A stretch of DNA of 53,893 bases, filler included, from Sphacelaria rigidula (Eukaryota): NCBI GenBank assembly GCA_964200075.2. It is 4 parts of 4 records of this genome, joined end to end, with 100 filler letters (N's around TTAATTAATTAA, not from the genome) between each part and the next. Parts side by side here need not be neighbours in the genome. Positions count along the whole stretch, not along the records: positions 13,500 to 26,897 come from CAXNAA020002905.1; positions 26,998 to 40,395 come from CAXNAA020002906.1; 2 more parts are not named here. One strand, 5' to 3'. A program made the translations under genes and the position numbers. This document shows, one piece after another, positions 26,175-38,269 of this stretch. The first letter of the stretch is position 1; every line of letters begins with the position of its first letter. The notes under the pieces are model-generated. The model made no database searches. It was not told the DNA's origin and saw nothing but the letters and a program-made list of their open reading frames with translations.

Positions 26175-26557
26175 CTCACCGATTTAGTACCAAGCGAGGG
26201 ACAATCGTGAGGTGGGAGTGTCCACGCTTGTCATATGTTGGGTCTGTCAAGCTCCCACGATGGCGTATGCAGAGCTGGAGGCGGCTCGAATGGATAATGA
26301 CAAGAACATATTTTAGATAGTCACATTCGTCTGTATTGCAGCCCCGCGACGGATATATGACAAAGGATGAGAGATGGCGTGTAACGTGATGACGATGCTG
26401 CTTTGTTAGAAATCCGACATTCATCAACTGCTACGTTGTGTACGTTGCAATTTTTCAAGGCAGCGTCATAATTCGGTGAATATATTCAAGAGAAATAATG
26501 AAACGGCGTGCGGCCAACGTCTGCTTCCTCAGAAACAGAAACAGTATTATTAGGTAC

Positions 26558-26640
26558 AGGTATCTCAAACCCGAGGTTCCTGGTATATTTCAAAGCGATT
26601 TACAGTCAAATATACCGGGAACCTCGAGTTTGAGATACCT
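26558..26640. repeat. 33-bp inverted repeat (31/33) hairpin, mini-MITE-like
   Basis: AGGTATCTCAAACCCGAGGTTCCTGGTATATTT pairs with AAATATACCGGGAACCTCGAGTTTGAGATACCT across a 17-nt loop. The left end is TA|CAGG. Confidence 0.85.
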
Positions 26641-26820
26641 CAATTACGTTGCTGTCAGTGAACATGACTAGTCGCAATATATCCTCTCGCTTGTACTCAG
26701 GGCCTGTGCTAACGAGACGAGAAAAGTGAGAACGCGTCGTGAAAGTGAGAGCGAATCTGGCGTTTTCCATCATTTTTTTAGTACTGTTCTTCCAATCAGC
26801 TGTCCGTCAGCTCTTTACCA

Positions 26821-26897
26821 GTGTGTGTTGTCGTCCCACTTATTCTGGGCACCAGTCTACACCTTTCGGTATATATGGGCGCATCAGCCGGGGTCAC
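26821..26897 (-). mobile_element. End of a dispersed repeat (possible retroposon 3' end), cut by spacer
   Basis: GTGTGTG..TCCCA..GTCTACACC.TTCGGTAT.TATGGGCGCATC.GCCGGG.CAC is shared with 47243-47320. Confidence 0.6.
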
Positions 26898-26997
26898 NNN
26901 NNNNNNNNNNNNNNNNNNNNNNNNNNNNNNNNNNNNNNNNNTTAATTAATTAANNNNNNNNNNNNNNNNNNNNNNNNNNNNNNNNNNNNNNNNNNNN
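26898..26997. other. Artificial concatenation spacer
   Basis: N44-TTAATTAATTAA-N44. Confidence 0.98.
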
Positions 26998-27071
26998 TCC
27001 TTTTTGTGCAATCAGGGCGAAGAAATAGTGAATTTGGTGATTTTGAGTCGTGATGATTTGTCCTAACCGTG
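26998..27071 (-). mobile_element. End of CACGGTTAGGAC MITE, cut by spacer
   Basis: Reverse complement of the left ends at 35165 and 38438 (CACGGTTAGGACAAATCATCACGACTCAAAATCACCAAATTCAC). Confidence 0.8.
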
Positions 27072-27204
27072 CAATATTGGACAGGATAGTTGGTCTAAGC
27101 ATGTACTGTAAACAAGCAAGATATGGGGTGATTACCCTTCCAAACGAAACGTAGAGCAGAAGTAGCCGAAGGTATTGCGCGCATGTCTGCTTCCAAATGA
27201 AATA

Positions 27205-27800
27205 CGAGCTAGGCCAACCAAGAGTAGGTGTGAATCTCGCTCAGGCGGCGCACGGCGCGATATTAGGAGTTGGGCGCGGAAATGATGACAGCAGCTTTTC
27301 ATGACCAACATGCAGAAGATCACGGGACCAGCAAAGAAAAAAAGAGAAAAATAAAAAGTTATGAGCATTTGAAATTTCAGCAAAAACAAGATAATGCCAT
27401 AAGTCCAGGAAAGAAAGGAGAATCTGTACCTGGACACGTGACGTATCAGTTTCTTGGGTGCAGAAGGTCTTCCTGAAATTTCAGCTCAAGACTCGTCGAA
27501 TTAGGACGTGCGTTCAACATCTTCCGTGACGCTGCTGCACCCCTATAATTCAAGTGATGGGAGACTACGATTATGGAGGTCATAAGTTCGAATCCCGACA
27601 GATGATCTTTTTTCGTCCGTCGTTAAGGTCATACATGACGCAGTACATTTTTTTATTTTGTTTTTGAAAAAAGCGGCTGTGCCGTGTGTCACCAGGTTGG
27701 TCTGCACTTCACAGTGGTATGCTTACATCGGGTTCATTCGGGAAACTGGGGAAACTGTGATGTGAACAAGTTTTAGCAGCTTTTACGCTGGCCCAGCTCG
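27205..27800. mobile_element. Tc1/mariner-like MITE (~600 bp)
   Basis: TA|CGAGCTAGGCCA ... TGGCCCAGCTCG|TA. An inverted related copy lies at ~39061-39640. Confidence 0.75.
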
Positions 27801-28878
27801 TACAAGTTCGCCGCCGCCTCACTGCCAGGAGACAGATTTCAAGAGCCTGTCCATCATTCCCGCTGGTGTTGCGGGATCCGCTGAAGCGACCTAGGCAAGC
27901 CGCTTCGTGGAAACCGAACTGAGGCACGACGTTTGATATGCTGTAGAGGGTCCTGCCAACTATGACTCTCACGACTCAGTCGTAATAATTGGGTGTGCAA
28001 ACGAAAATGAATAAATGCAAACGGGCGATTCTTGCAGCACGTACATGTACTACAGGCGCAGCTGCCGCATTTTCTCAAGAAACGAGCAGGCGAAAACAAT
28101 GACCCGAGGGATCAGACCTCAGCCCGGTGCTTCAGGTGCAAAGTTCTAAGAACACGGTTGTCGATCTCCATCGCTAACACCTTCCTGTCCGAAGATTTCA
28201 AGTTGGATATTACACGAGATATCACCCGGGTGGTATATGGTGTGAACAATCCAAATGGTTAAGACCCAGCAACGTTGTGCATGTGATGTTTTTGACTTAC
28301 GGGAAAAGGATACGTCGAATAACCACATACAGCATAGTGGAGAGGCAAAAAAGCAAGAAGGGTGCCTCACAGTCGGATAACTATCTCATGTCTGTAAAAT
28401 ATAAGTCGTGCAAACGTTGCAACTCACTCACAAAATCTCACCTCGATCAGGGGCGCTGTTGCATCGCACCTCAACGGTTGAGCTCCGGATCGTTGTCGAT
28501 TTCGAGGCGGTCCCCGAGATAGAAGGGGGCCGCGGGGCGATATGAAGGTATAACCGTGGCCGCCTTGCGCAGATAAGAGAGTCCACGCTACTGCAGCTGT
28601 AGCTATGACGAGCATGACCTTGCGCTAACTGAGACTGACTGCACGGTAGGGTGACTTGTGGGCGTTTCCCGTGTGTGCTCACATATATATGATGACCTTG
28701 ATACGCCCGACTGTCCAAGCCAACCGCAAGTGATTCCGCCGCCTAAACGGGAAACATGAACGCACTTTGGTGCACGATTCCACACGGAAAGTCGGCTCTA
28801 TGCGACACGAGCCTAGGCGTTGTTCGTAATTTTCTTTACTTTGCTTAGCATATCCGAGTGATTACTACCCCGCTCCAG

Positions 28879-31800
28879 GATTATCAGCTAGCGATAGCAT
28901 CTACCTCTCACCTGGTGGCCTGTGCACATGTTGCGAGTTGATATGCCCTCACAACATGATCGACCCCCTTCGATACCGACCTCTCAAGGTCCAGCTCGAT
29001 TTCGACGAACATGAAAAACCAATGGAGTGCTGGCAGTGCCTGCGGATGAAAGAGAGCACGCCGGCATTCTTCTTGTGCCACGATTGTGGTAAAACCAACA
29101 CCCCCAGGCCCTTCTGCGAGCCCTGTTTTTTCGACTACCACACGAAAAAACGCGGAAAAGAACACCACAAGCCACACCCCATTGTACACGGCGACCCCGT
29201 GATCGTGCAAACCCTTGCCGAAGGCGACGGAAAGACCTTCGCGAAAATGCACGACTGGGTAACCCTGGATTACACCCTGACAAGCGAAGATTCACCCGAC
29301 AAGATAATTGAAGACACCTTCGCTACGAAGAAACCGTTGTTGTTTCAGAGTGGCTGCTCGGGGCCCTGTGTCCATTTTCAGCTTCTCGGTTGCTCTAATA
29401 TTGCCGCTGCGGATATACTGGGATATAGTGACCCGTACTGCGCGGTGTACTGGAAAAATGAGCTTGTTGGGGTGACCAGCACCAAGCACATGACACTCGA
29501 TCCTTCCTGGGTCAACCAGACCTTCGTTCTGCCGCTGGCGGAGGAATTCATGTCGGCGCTGGATGGCGATGACCAGTCCGCCCTCTACAGCGAAAATGAA
29601 AACCTAACTAAGCTTAGCGTAGAAATCTACGATTGGGATCGGTTGTCGAAAGACGATCTTCTTGGACAGGCGAGTCATTCAATGATTGGGAAGAGGTAAC
29701 CAAATTGGAAACAACGTGAACGTTCAGCTGACTGCGGAAGGGAATTCTGTGCTTTTGCCCGGACTTCTATCTGATCTTACGAGGTACACGACTAACGCGT
29801 CTATCGAGTCCTGATGACCACGAACGAGAAGGGCACTATCCACTACTTACCTCTCTTGTCCGGATTCTGACCAGTCTGTTTTTCTTCGCCCTCCGAGAAC
29901 GTTGCTGCTCTTGCGATCTACCTGGATTACTGTATCACCCACAGCCCACTATTTTGACAGAAGGTCTCGGCTTCTCGTCTACCGCTGAAATTCTCACATC
30001 ATCATCACCAAGAAATGACAAAACAGTTCGACGCAACTGCAAGACTTATTAAAATCCCGTGTTCAAGACTCAGGTGTGCATCAGCGATGCGGATATCTTG
30101 AGAGCCCTTTGGCAGGCCAGAACTAGCGAGGCAGGAGAAGATGAAGTGTTATCCTTCCCGCTGTTGCCGAAACGAAGTCGTGGGAAGCTGGGCATACGCC
30201 TTGCCCTTCGCGGGAAAAAGCTATTTGTGCATATCGTCAAGGGGGAAAAATTACCGAATGCTGATCCGCACAGCTTGAGCGACCCCTACTGCGATGTGAG
30301 AAACCTCGGTATCCTGCACTTGCGTTTGGCCCGGTCGGGTTTTTCTTTATCTTCTCGTGTCGTCTCCGTTGAGTGTACCCTCTGAGATGTTTGCGCTGGA
30401 AAGTCCCCCTTCCCGTAGACTGCATTGCCCCCAAACACATTGCGTGACAGACGGTATTATAACTTAAGCGAAGGTACATCGCCGAAGTCGCTCCTTTTCG
30501 TGAGCGTTTTGTCGACGTATTCGGTACTCGACTGACAAAAAACGAAACCCACACATGTAAAGGCGCTTGAAGACCCCCACGGAACGATAAGCAACATGCA
30601 ATGAAAAGATCTTCTTGCCATCTGCCATCAAAATAACCGGTAGGTGCTCTGGAACGAAACGAAAGTTGGAAGTACCGTGCACATCGACGACACGCTGGAT
30701 CCTGTTTGGGACTTGGAGATATTTGTCATCGCAGTGGATGCAGAAGGTCCCAATTCCGTCGAGCAATCTGCCCTGAGGATTGTCTGCTTGGACTGGGATC
30801 AGTTCGGTAGTAACGATGCTCTTGGGCAAGTAGAGCTTAAAGGCTGGCAAATTAAGGAGCTGGTCGAGAAAAGTGTCAGTGGTGTCGAAGGAAAGAAGCC
30901 AGATGCGCCCAATGATGGCGACGGTGAGGTGTTGAGTGAAGTGGATGTAGAGGCTATCTTCGATTTTGTCCAAAACTTCCGAGAGCAATCGGAGAAGGAC
31001 GGGGGCGCGGGTGGCGAGATGGTTGTCGGCGTCCCGCTGAAGGGATTGAAACAAGAATCCATGACAACGGTTGTTGAAGGGGTGCAGGCTGATGGCAGTA
31101 GTAATACAGGGGAAGGTGCGGAAAAGGAGGCAAAGATCAGGAGCAAGGGTCATAAACGCGGAGCGAAAACGGGGAAAGCAGGTGGGGAAGGCGCCGTGGA
31201 AGACCGAACGTCAAAATCAAAACGAAAGGCGAAGTCGAAGAAGCAAGCTCGAACGAAAGATCAAGCGACGACGGGAGGAAGTACATCTTCAAGCAAACGC
31301 AAGGGCCCCGGCGATGACGAAAAAGCGGGAAAAGATGCAGCAGATCAGAGTGTCTTACCATCCGTTGCGGATATCGTTGCATGCGAAGCACGAGGTGAAC
31401 CGGTTTTGGAAGGTATTGGAACCACTGTCCATCAGAAAGGAGTCGAGCTCACGGGAGGAGTCTCGGTGTACGATGAGGCAAAAATTCGCGACGGAGGCCA
31501 GAACGATACAGCCGCCTTCAATCCCCCTGGACGCGAAAATGTCTCAAGGTTCCGGCAAGAAGTTGGCGAAGAAGTGAAAAACCTCGGTAATTGCACGACG
31601 AGTTCAGGTACTCCGGACAAAACTCCTTCCCTAGTCATGGAAGACTACACACCGGAACATATCACCGCAGTTACGACAGCTGAGACCTGTGGAGAACGTT
31701 GGGGGGAAACGGTCGGGTCCTCAGTGTTGCCAGAAACCTTCGCCGCAGAAGATGAGGTCGTCAGACAAGGAGCAGCAACGGCCCGTGGTGAAGTAGACGG

Positions 31801-34394
31801 CACTGGCGCTGGGTTGCCAAACAACATGGGCACTGGCGGAGAGGGTCCTGCTGAGGAACTTTCAAGAGTGGATGTCACAGCCGAATTTTTCCCGACGGTG
31901 ATCGATTCATCTGCCAAAACATCAAGCATTACGGAAGGTGGCAACACTGTTGTCCATTTTTCGTTACCACCAGCTGAGAACGGTGGGGCCCTTGTAGATG
32001 TAAAACGAGTGACCGGTGATGATGAGGCAATGCAAGCTACGGGAGTGGTGGGCGAAAATGCTGCAGGAGGCGCTACGGTAGATGAGGTCTCGAATGCACC
32101 AACCGTCGACGCTGGAAATATCTCGCCTCAAGCAGTAATCGATCCAAGAGCAAGCCTTGAGCATAAGTTGACGCCAGAGGACGCTTTGCAGGAAATTGCG
32201 TCAAAATCGGCTGGGGAAGAAATAGAGACGAAAAAAACAGCACCGGTATCCCTAGGAGGAACTTCAGGTGGCGAGGGACTTGCGGCGGTGGAGGGCGTAG
32301 GAAAAATGGCCGTCGAAGTGTCAGGTCGCTCGTCAATCAGTCCGCCTGTCCGGTTGTCAGTAAAAGGTCTCAAGGGGAGTCATAAAGGAACACTGGGCTC
32401 GCCATCGGCCATACGCTATCGAGAAGGTCAGCACATGTGCCAGTACTCGCAGATCACGGCTGTTCTGGAGAAAGCATTCTTGTCACTGTTTTTATGTTTA
32501 CCCTTTGACGGTCAGGGTGGATCATCTGTTGAAAGCGGTATTGTTTTCACTACAGGAATGAAAAAAGAGCCAGGCTACTCACCCTGGCGCTCAAACGCCA
32601 AATCGCTTTCAATTCACGCAGAGTGTGCCGCGAAACGTTGACGCCTCACTCACACATTCTTGCAAGTAAGTAGACAGGAGAGATTCAAGTGTCCCAAGAA
32701 GAATGGAAGCTCGCACACTTCACCTTCAATATGGAAAGCAAAACCTCCTCGTGGAGCACGCCTCTTGGCTGGTAACATCCATATGAGATTTCGACAACAC
32801 GGTATTGGTTGGAATTTTTCAGGTCTATTGTCACGTCATCGGTCTTGTTCAAGAAACTGGACGGCAACTTCATCTCGCACTTTCCCTTGGAGCGCTCACG
32901 TAATACAGTAGGCAGAGACTGACAGTCGCTTTTCGCCCGAATTGATACGGATGTGAGACTACCTTTTCTGGGGACGACCAAGGTTTTTGGTCGAAGGTGC
33001 CTACTTTTGACTTGTCACTTTCGTGAATCGGCAACGCTTGTGCAATGTGCGTGTTGGCCACAAGACAAATTACGCGCACCAACACTCGCTCAAGCGTATG
33101 GGAGTCCTCTCAGATAGCACACGGTGAGTCACGGCGAGGTGGCACCATTCAATCACGTCGTCGTCTTTCCCCGCAGATAAACGCCCCCGAGGGGTCAAAA
33201 TAGGTACTACTGTTGACCATGAACGCTTTCGTTCCCAAGAGTAATACCACGGTAGCAGTGCACTTTTCAATACAAAAGTTTTCTGAAGCTGCACGCTAAG
33301 GCGCAGGTATGAAAGAGGAAGTGGACTTCAAGTGCCTCGGCTACAGTTCTCGAGATTGGTGCGATTGCTTCGAGGTGCCGACGTCGCACATGTTAAATAG
33401 AAGTGAGTGGTTGATTTCAAGACGTAAAATACCGAGGTGAGCCCTGCGGGTTTGATTTATATATATTTCGTACACATATATACATACTCTATCTTGATTT
33501 TTCGGAAGCCTCCCTTGTTGGTGTATTCCCCCCCCCACCACCCTTTTTTCCCCCCAACGCATACCGCCATCAACACCTGTCCTTCCCACCTTCGTGCCAA
33601 ACCGTCCACCATTTATTTCGGTGTTGTGTCTTGGAAAACAAAATGCAGCTACCGTGCAAAGATTTGAAGAAGACCGCGGCGTTCTGGTGCAGTACACGGA
33701 CGATGCCACATCAGAATGGATCGCAACACGACTCATCCCACGATTACAAATCCGGAACAGGAAACCGATCGCCCGGAACATTCTGCAGCGAATATGGGAC
33801 AAACGAAACGCTTTTCTACATCTTCGCAAGCACGTCCTGAACGTGAAGCGAGGGCTCAAGGTACTCTTGAATCTCGCCATGACGGGCTCCCGCATGCAAT
33901 GGTACCCTCTGGAGCTAACGCCGGATCAGAGCGGCGAAACGTTCGTACGAGGTACCCTGAACGCCCGTTTCCTATTGCACACACGTGGCAGCGTACTACG
34001 GGGCCTAGATGTTGCCGTGTCTCACATGAGTCTGGGAGAGAGGGCGAAGGTAGAGGTACGATCTGATTATGCGTTCGGAGAGGTCTATGGGGATAGATTA
34101 CTGCGGCCTTACGCAACCATGGTATTTGTTACGCAGGTGACTGGAATACGGCATCGTAGCGCGAAAACTTTATTGTTGAGGCGAGCTGCGAAAAAATCGA
34201 TAGAGGAAGGGCTGTTGCGTGTGCGGGCTAGGGTGTTGAAAGTCGCGTCTTTGTTGACGTGTTTCCGACCATGTAAAGTGCGCGTCGGAAGGTTATTGTC
34301 CATGACCCGAAACAAGAGCGCTGGACGAGAGCGTAAGCACGAGATAAATTTGGATGTCACAGGCGACATTGAAGAGAATTTACCTGCAGGGTGA
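28879..34394 (+). CDS. B-box zinc finger / split FKBP-type PPIase / tandem C2-domain protein (5' end unresolved)
   Basis: Phase-compatible exons 28879-29669 (GC donor), 30074-30295, 30644-32426 and 33649-34394. B-box: CWQC..CHDC..FCEPCFFDYH..H. FKBP N-half: VQTLAEGDGKTF..VTLDYT..KPLLFQSG. C2A: ADILGYSDPY..YDWDRLSKDDLLGQ. C2B: ADPHSLSDPY..LDWDQFGSNDALGQ. FKBP C-half: VLRGLDVAVSHMSLGERAKVEVRSDYAFG..YATMVF. Possible upstream exons near 28056-28257 and 28451-28547 are unresolved. Confidence 0.9.
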
Positions 34395-35164
34395 TCGAAG
34401 GCCATGTGCAATGAAGTTGAAGAAATCACTTCGCTACCAATCGCACACCTTCAGGATGTCATCATTTTCCAGGAAACGAAAGTAAGGCACGTATCAGGGG
34501 TACATCAGATTGGAAATGGCTAACCCCAACCCCCTAATAACCCCCTTCTAGGGTCCGATTCTTTCAACAAAAACCAGGGGTCTGTCGAGCAATTTTTTTC
34601 GGACACGGAGACCCCCACCCCCCCCTCCCGGGGGGGAATTTTTCGAAAATTGAAGGTAATTATTTTGTGTTTATTTTGTGATTTTTTTCACTTTTTTGTT
34701 GAAATTGTAGAAATAGATTGATCAACAAATACTGGCAAGAGCCGAAAAGTCTGGCGGGCTTTGCGAGGTTCGTATATTTGCTTCTGCTCCTTGCCCGTCC
34801 TGTCCCGATGACCTCAGATGCCAGCATATACACATCTATGTACAATACACGAGCGCACGGTAGCGACAGCCTGTAGCCAAAGTAGCAACATTATCTCACG
34901 CCTCGCCAATTTTTCCCAGACTACCAGCGGTAAATACACACGCGGCCATTTGGCTATACCCCCCAAAATGCCTCCGGAGGGATGCGCGGCCCTCCAGAGC
35001 GAAAACAAGCCTCCGGAGGCTTTCAATCCATCTGGAGAAAACCAAACACTACCGACCTGGACGACCGCGCACCCCTCCGGAGAAATTTGGCGGTATGCGC
35101 GGCCCTCCAGAGGCAAAAATAAGCCCCCGAAGGCGTTTAATCCCTCTGAAGGCTCGAATATTTT

Positions 35165-35420
35165 CACGGTTAGGACAAATCATCACCACTCAAAATCCCC
35201 AAATTCACGATTTCTTCGGCCTCATTGTCCAAAAGAGAGAAAAAAGTCGATCGCTGGTCCAAGGGGCATCCACGCAACTTTTGCGCCGTTCCACGTGTCC
35301 GGGCTGCGTGTACGTGGGTTGCAACGCTGAAATAAAGCCGAGGGATTGATTCTTCACGAGTCGACTCATCATACTAAAACCAGTTCATTTCCAGACGAAT
35401 CAGTATTTGTCCGACCCTTG
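35165..35420. mobile_element. MITE with CACGGTTAGGAC TIR, degenerate 8-bp TSD
   Basis: Same family as 38438-38673. Flanks are AATATTTT / AAAAGTTT. Confidence 0.75.
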
Positions 35421-36107
35421 AAAAGTTTACCGACCTGGAGGAATTTTGAAGGTAGCCAAATGGCCGCGTGTGTAGTCGAGGCACACGACACGGAACACGA
35501 TCCCATAAATGTAATCATGATAGGTGATGAGCTCGGAGGGGCGGTGTATCCGTCATCTCAGCGGTCTCCATGCCAAGGACCTCTGTCCACGGCAGCTGAC
35601 CGCATCCGCCACCGCCTCGGCAATGAATTAGGGGACAGCAGGCTGGGTTCCCCCCCCCTCAAAAAGTCGAATTTTCCATTTTGCGGTCTATGTGTCCCGA
35701 AATTATTTTTCGACAGACCCTTGCAGAAACACGGAACTGTCTTTTCAATTCGTCTGTTGCCGCTATGTCCCGCGTTGGTTTCGAGGCGAGGTCTTGAGGT
35801 GTCAAACACATTCGTGCGCTAGAAGGCGACATGTACAGTGTCAATGTACTTGCGCGATGAAAAAACGTGTAGGGGGATAACCCGGGTGGGCGGAGGGGGG
35901 AAGATCCCGCTGACCCGGGTCAATTTCGACGAACGAACGCAGTCGATTTTCTCATGCCAGGGAATTGTGCAACTTAGTTTCAACCCATTTAAAACTCATG
36001 TTTGAAGGGGTAAGCAGCAAGCATGTTTTGCGACAATTGCGTGACAGTCTTCTTGCTCTGACCGCCGGGAAGGCTGCCGTGGCTGCAACCGGGCCGAAAA
36101 AAACATG

Positions 36108-36524
36108 AATCTGGGAAAATGTCTATGTGGAGCTTTCACGTCATTTAACGCCCCAAAAGAGAGGCATGCAGAGTTTGACACCTTGGAATGGCCTACTCCA
36201 CTTGTTGAGGCAGTCTCAGTACATGTTTCCATTTTCCGGTGGCCACAGTTTTCATTTTGGCACAACAAGAATTTTTGACCAGGGCCGGTAAAAAACAGTC
36301 AAATCCAGCAAAAAATGACACTTTTCTCTGGACTTTATGTTTTATACCGTTCTCGGAGAGAATTCTCGTTTGGACAAAGTAGAAACTGTGGCCACCGGAG
36401 AACGGGAAGATGTCCTAGAACCGCCTCAACTAGTGGAGCCAGTCATTCCAAGGTATCAAACTCCGCACGCTCCTTTTTTCGGCATTTGACCACGTAAAGC
36501 TCCACAAATGCAATTTCCTAGATT
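36108..36524. mobile_element. Foldback palindrome (~420 bp)
   Basis: GAGTTTGACACCTTGGAATG..CTCCACTTGTTGAGGC..CCGGTGGCCACAGTTT is mirrored by AAACTGTGGCCACCGG..GCCTCAACTAGTGGAG..CATTCCAAGGTATCAAACTC. Confidence 0.8.
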
Positions 36525-38269
36525 TTCATCTTCATGTCCATTACCAGGAGCGGCCTGATCGTTCTCGTCCCCTAGTTTGTTCGTTCAAAATTTCGATACG
36601 TTTTCCGAATGAGGCCCGCGAGCGAGAGAAATCCCAAAATGGATTTGGGCTCCCTGCACCGTGTGCCCTGACATACTGTCGGGAAGATTTGCATCAGCGC
36701 GATGATTCGCCCATGTACTTTTGTATATGCTCTTGATGCGCTACGGACGAAGTTGCCACATGATTTATTTCTCTTCCATTCCTCTTCCACTCCAGAGCGT
36801 GTTACAGTTTCGTTTTCCTTTGTACGTCCATCGTAAGACCACGGTTGAATCCCTGGGGGGTCAGTTGAAGTGCGACAATCAAAGTCACCGCATGGACATG
36901 CGTGGGAGGACCATTGTTTCGCCCCTACTGCAGAAACTGCATTTGGGGAAGTGAAGCAAGAATGGATCCTGAACGAACGACTCCATTTCTGAAGTTCTGC
37001 AGATCGCGTGGGATAACGTCTTCGTGAGATTGGGAGTGAAGCCCTGAGAAAGGGTGGCTTCGGTATCTCGCGACGACGTGGTCACTTCTTTCCGCGTATG
37101 CTCTTCTCTGCCTCCATTACTGGCGTGTGCTCACCGCTACACGTCAATGTCCTACTTAGGGTTATCAAGGGCCTCAGTGGCAAGCTACTGCAGAAAGCAT
37201 ATCGAGCCTCGTGAAGGAGCATTTCGGAACTGGAGCGACCGATTCACTAATCAATCGCCCACCACTCAAAATGTCACGAAAACGTTCATGCAGGCGATTC
37301 ACAGCCCGTGCCATGAGTTGTTCGAAGGCCATGCACCGATATCCCCGCTGATAGTTGAATGGGGGTGAAATCATTTATCCGCGACAAAAAAGCGTACAAA
37401 AACTCAAAATTTCATTCCTGACACGTATTCATGTGTCGAGTCAGCACAAGGTGGTGCGCATTAGAAAGATCGACAGCTATTCGACGTTCAGTTTAACGTG
37501 GGACGTGCTGCGCACGTATGAAACCGTCAAATAGCGCCTGGACAGCGAAATGAATCCTCCCGTTGCAGAAACAAGGAACGTGACTCATCCAGTCTGAGAG
37601 GACGAAGCTTTTCAGCGGCACGGCTTCCTCATCTACAGGTGTCTTGGTTCAAATAGCACGGATAAGAAAGAAAAGTGTCAAAACATTGACATCGTGTCGC
37701 CCCCTGGGATTCAAGCTAGATGGGCTCAAGGTCATAACCGAACCGAAGTATTCCAGATGTCAGCCTGTGAGCCAACATGATCAGTTCGGTTCCATCTCTC
37801 ACTAGTCAACTGGCGGCATAAAGTCATAGTCATCATCAAGTGCAACTTCACTCTTGTCAATGCGCGCCAAAGTGTATGTACGATAGCTCGGTATCCATCA
37901 CTGAAAAGTTGGAAAGGAACACATGAGGCCAAGAGTGCGTCGCAATATACTGCAGCAGTCGATCACACCCTGTGGGAGTTTGCATTGGTGCTCACGAAAA
38001 ACAGTCAAAAGGTTTTAATCATCATGTGCTTGGATTTGAATTAACCGCGACATAGTGGTGTCAGGAGAGTGTGAAACAATCCCTGGGCAGGGAAATGAAC
38101 AGCAGGCGAAAATCACCAACTAACGTTTCCTCCAAGCACTCATGCATCCACAACATAGCCGCGCCGCGTAGCAAAGAAAAAACACATGATAACTGTAGCC
38201 TCCCAGCTCCCCCCTTCGCTTCTCCAGTGTGGCACTGTCGTTATGTCTAGACTCGACCGCTGAGTAAGA

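Noticed and set aside
28056-28547. Two candidate upstream exons of the B-box/FKBP/C2 gene
   Set aside because: Splice sites are plausible, but the best frame hits TGA at 28542-28544 and the phases do not join to 28879 without assuming an indel. Left unresolved.
34818-35330. 170-aa ORF with repeated NKPPxAFNPS
   Set aside because: It reflects a ~55-bp direct repeat inside a probable TE and reads into a MITE.
36830-37368. Coding-like plus-strand frames as further exons of the C2/FKBP gene
   Set aside because: There are in-frame stops and no recognisable domain, and the upstream exon already ends in a stop at 34394.
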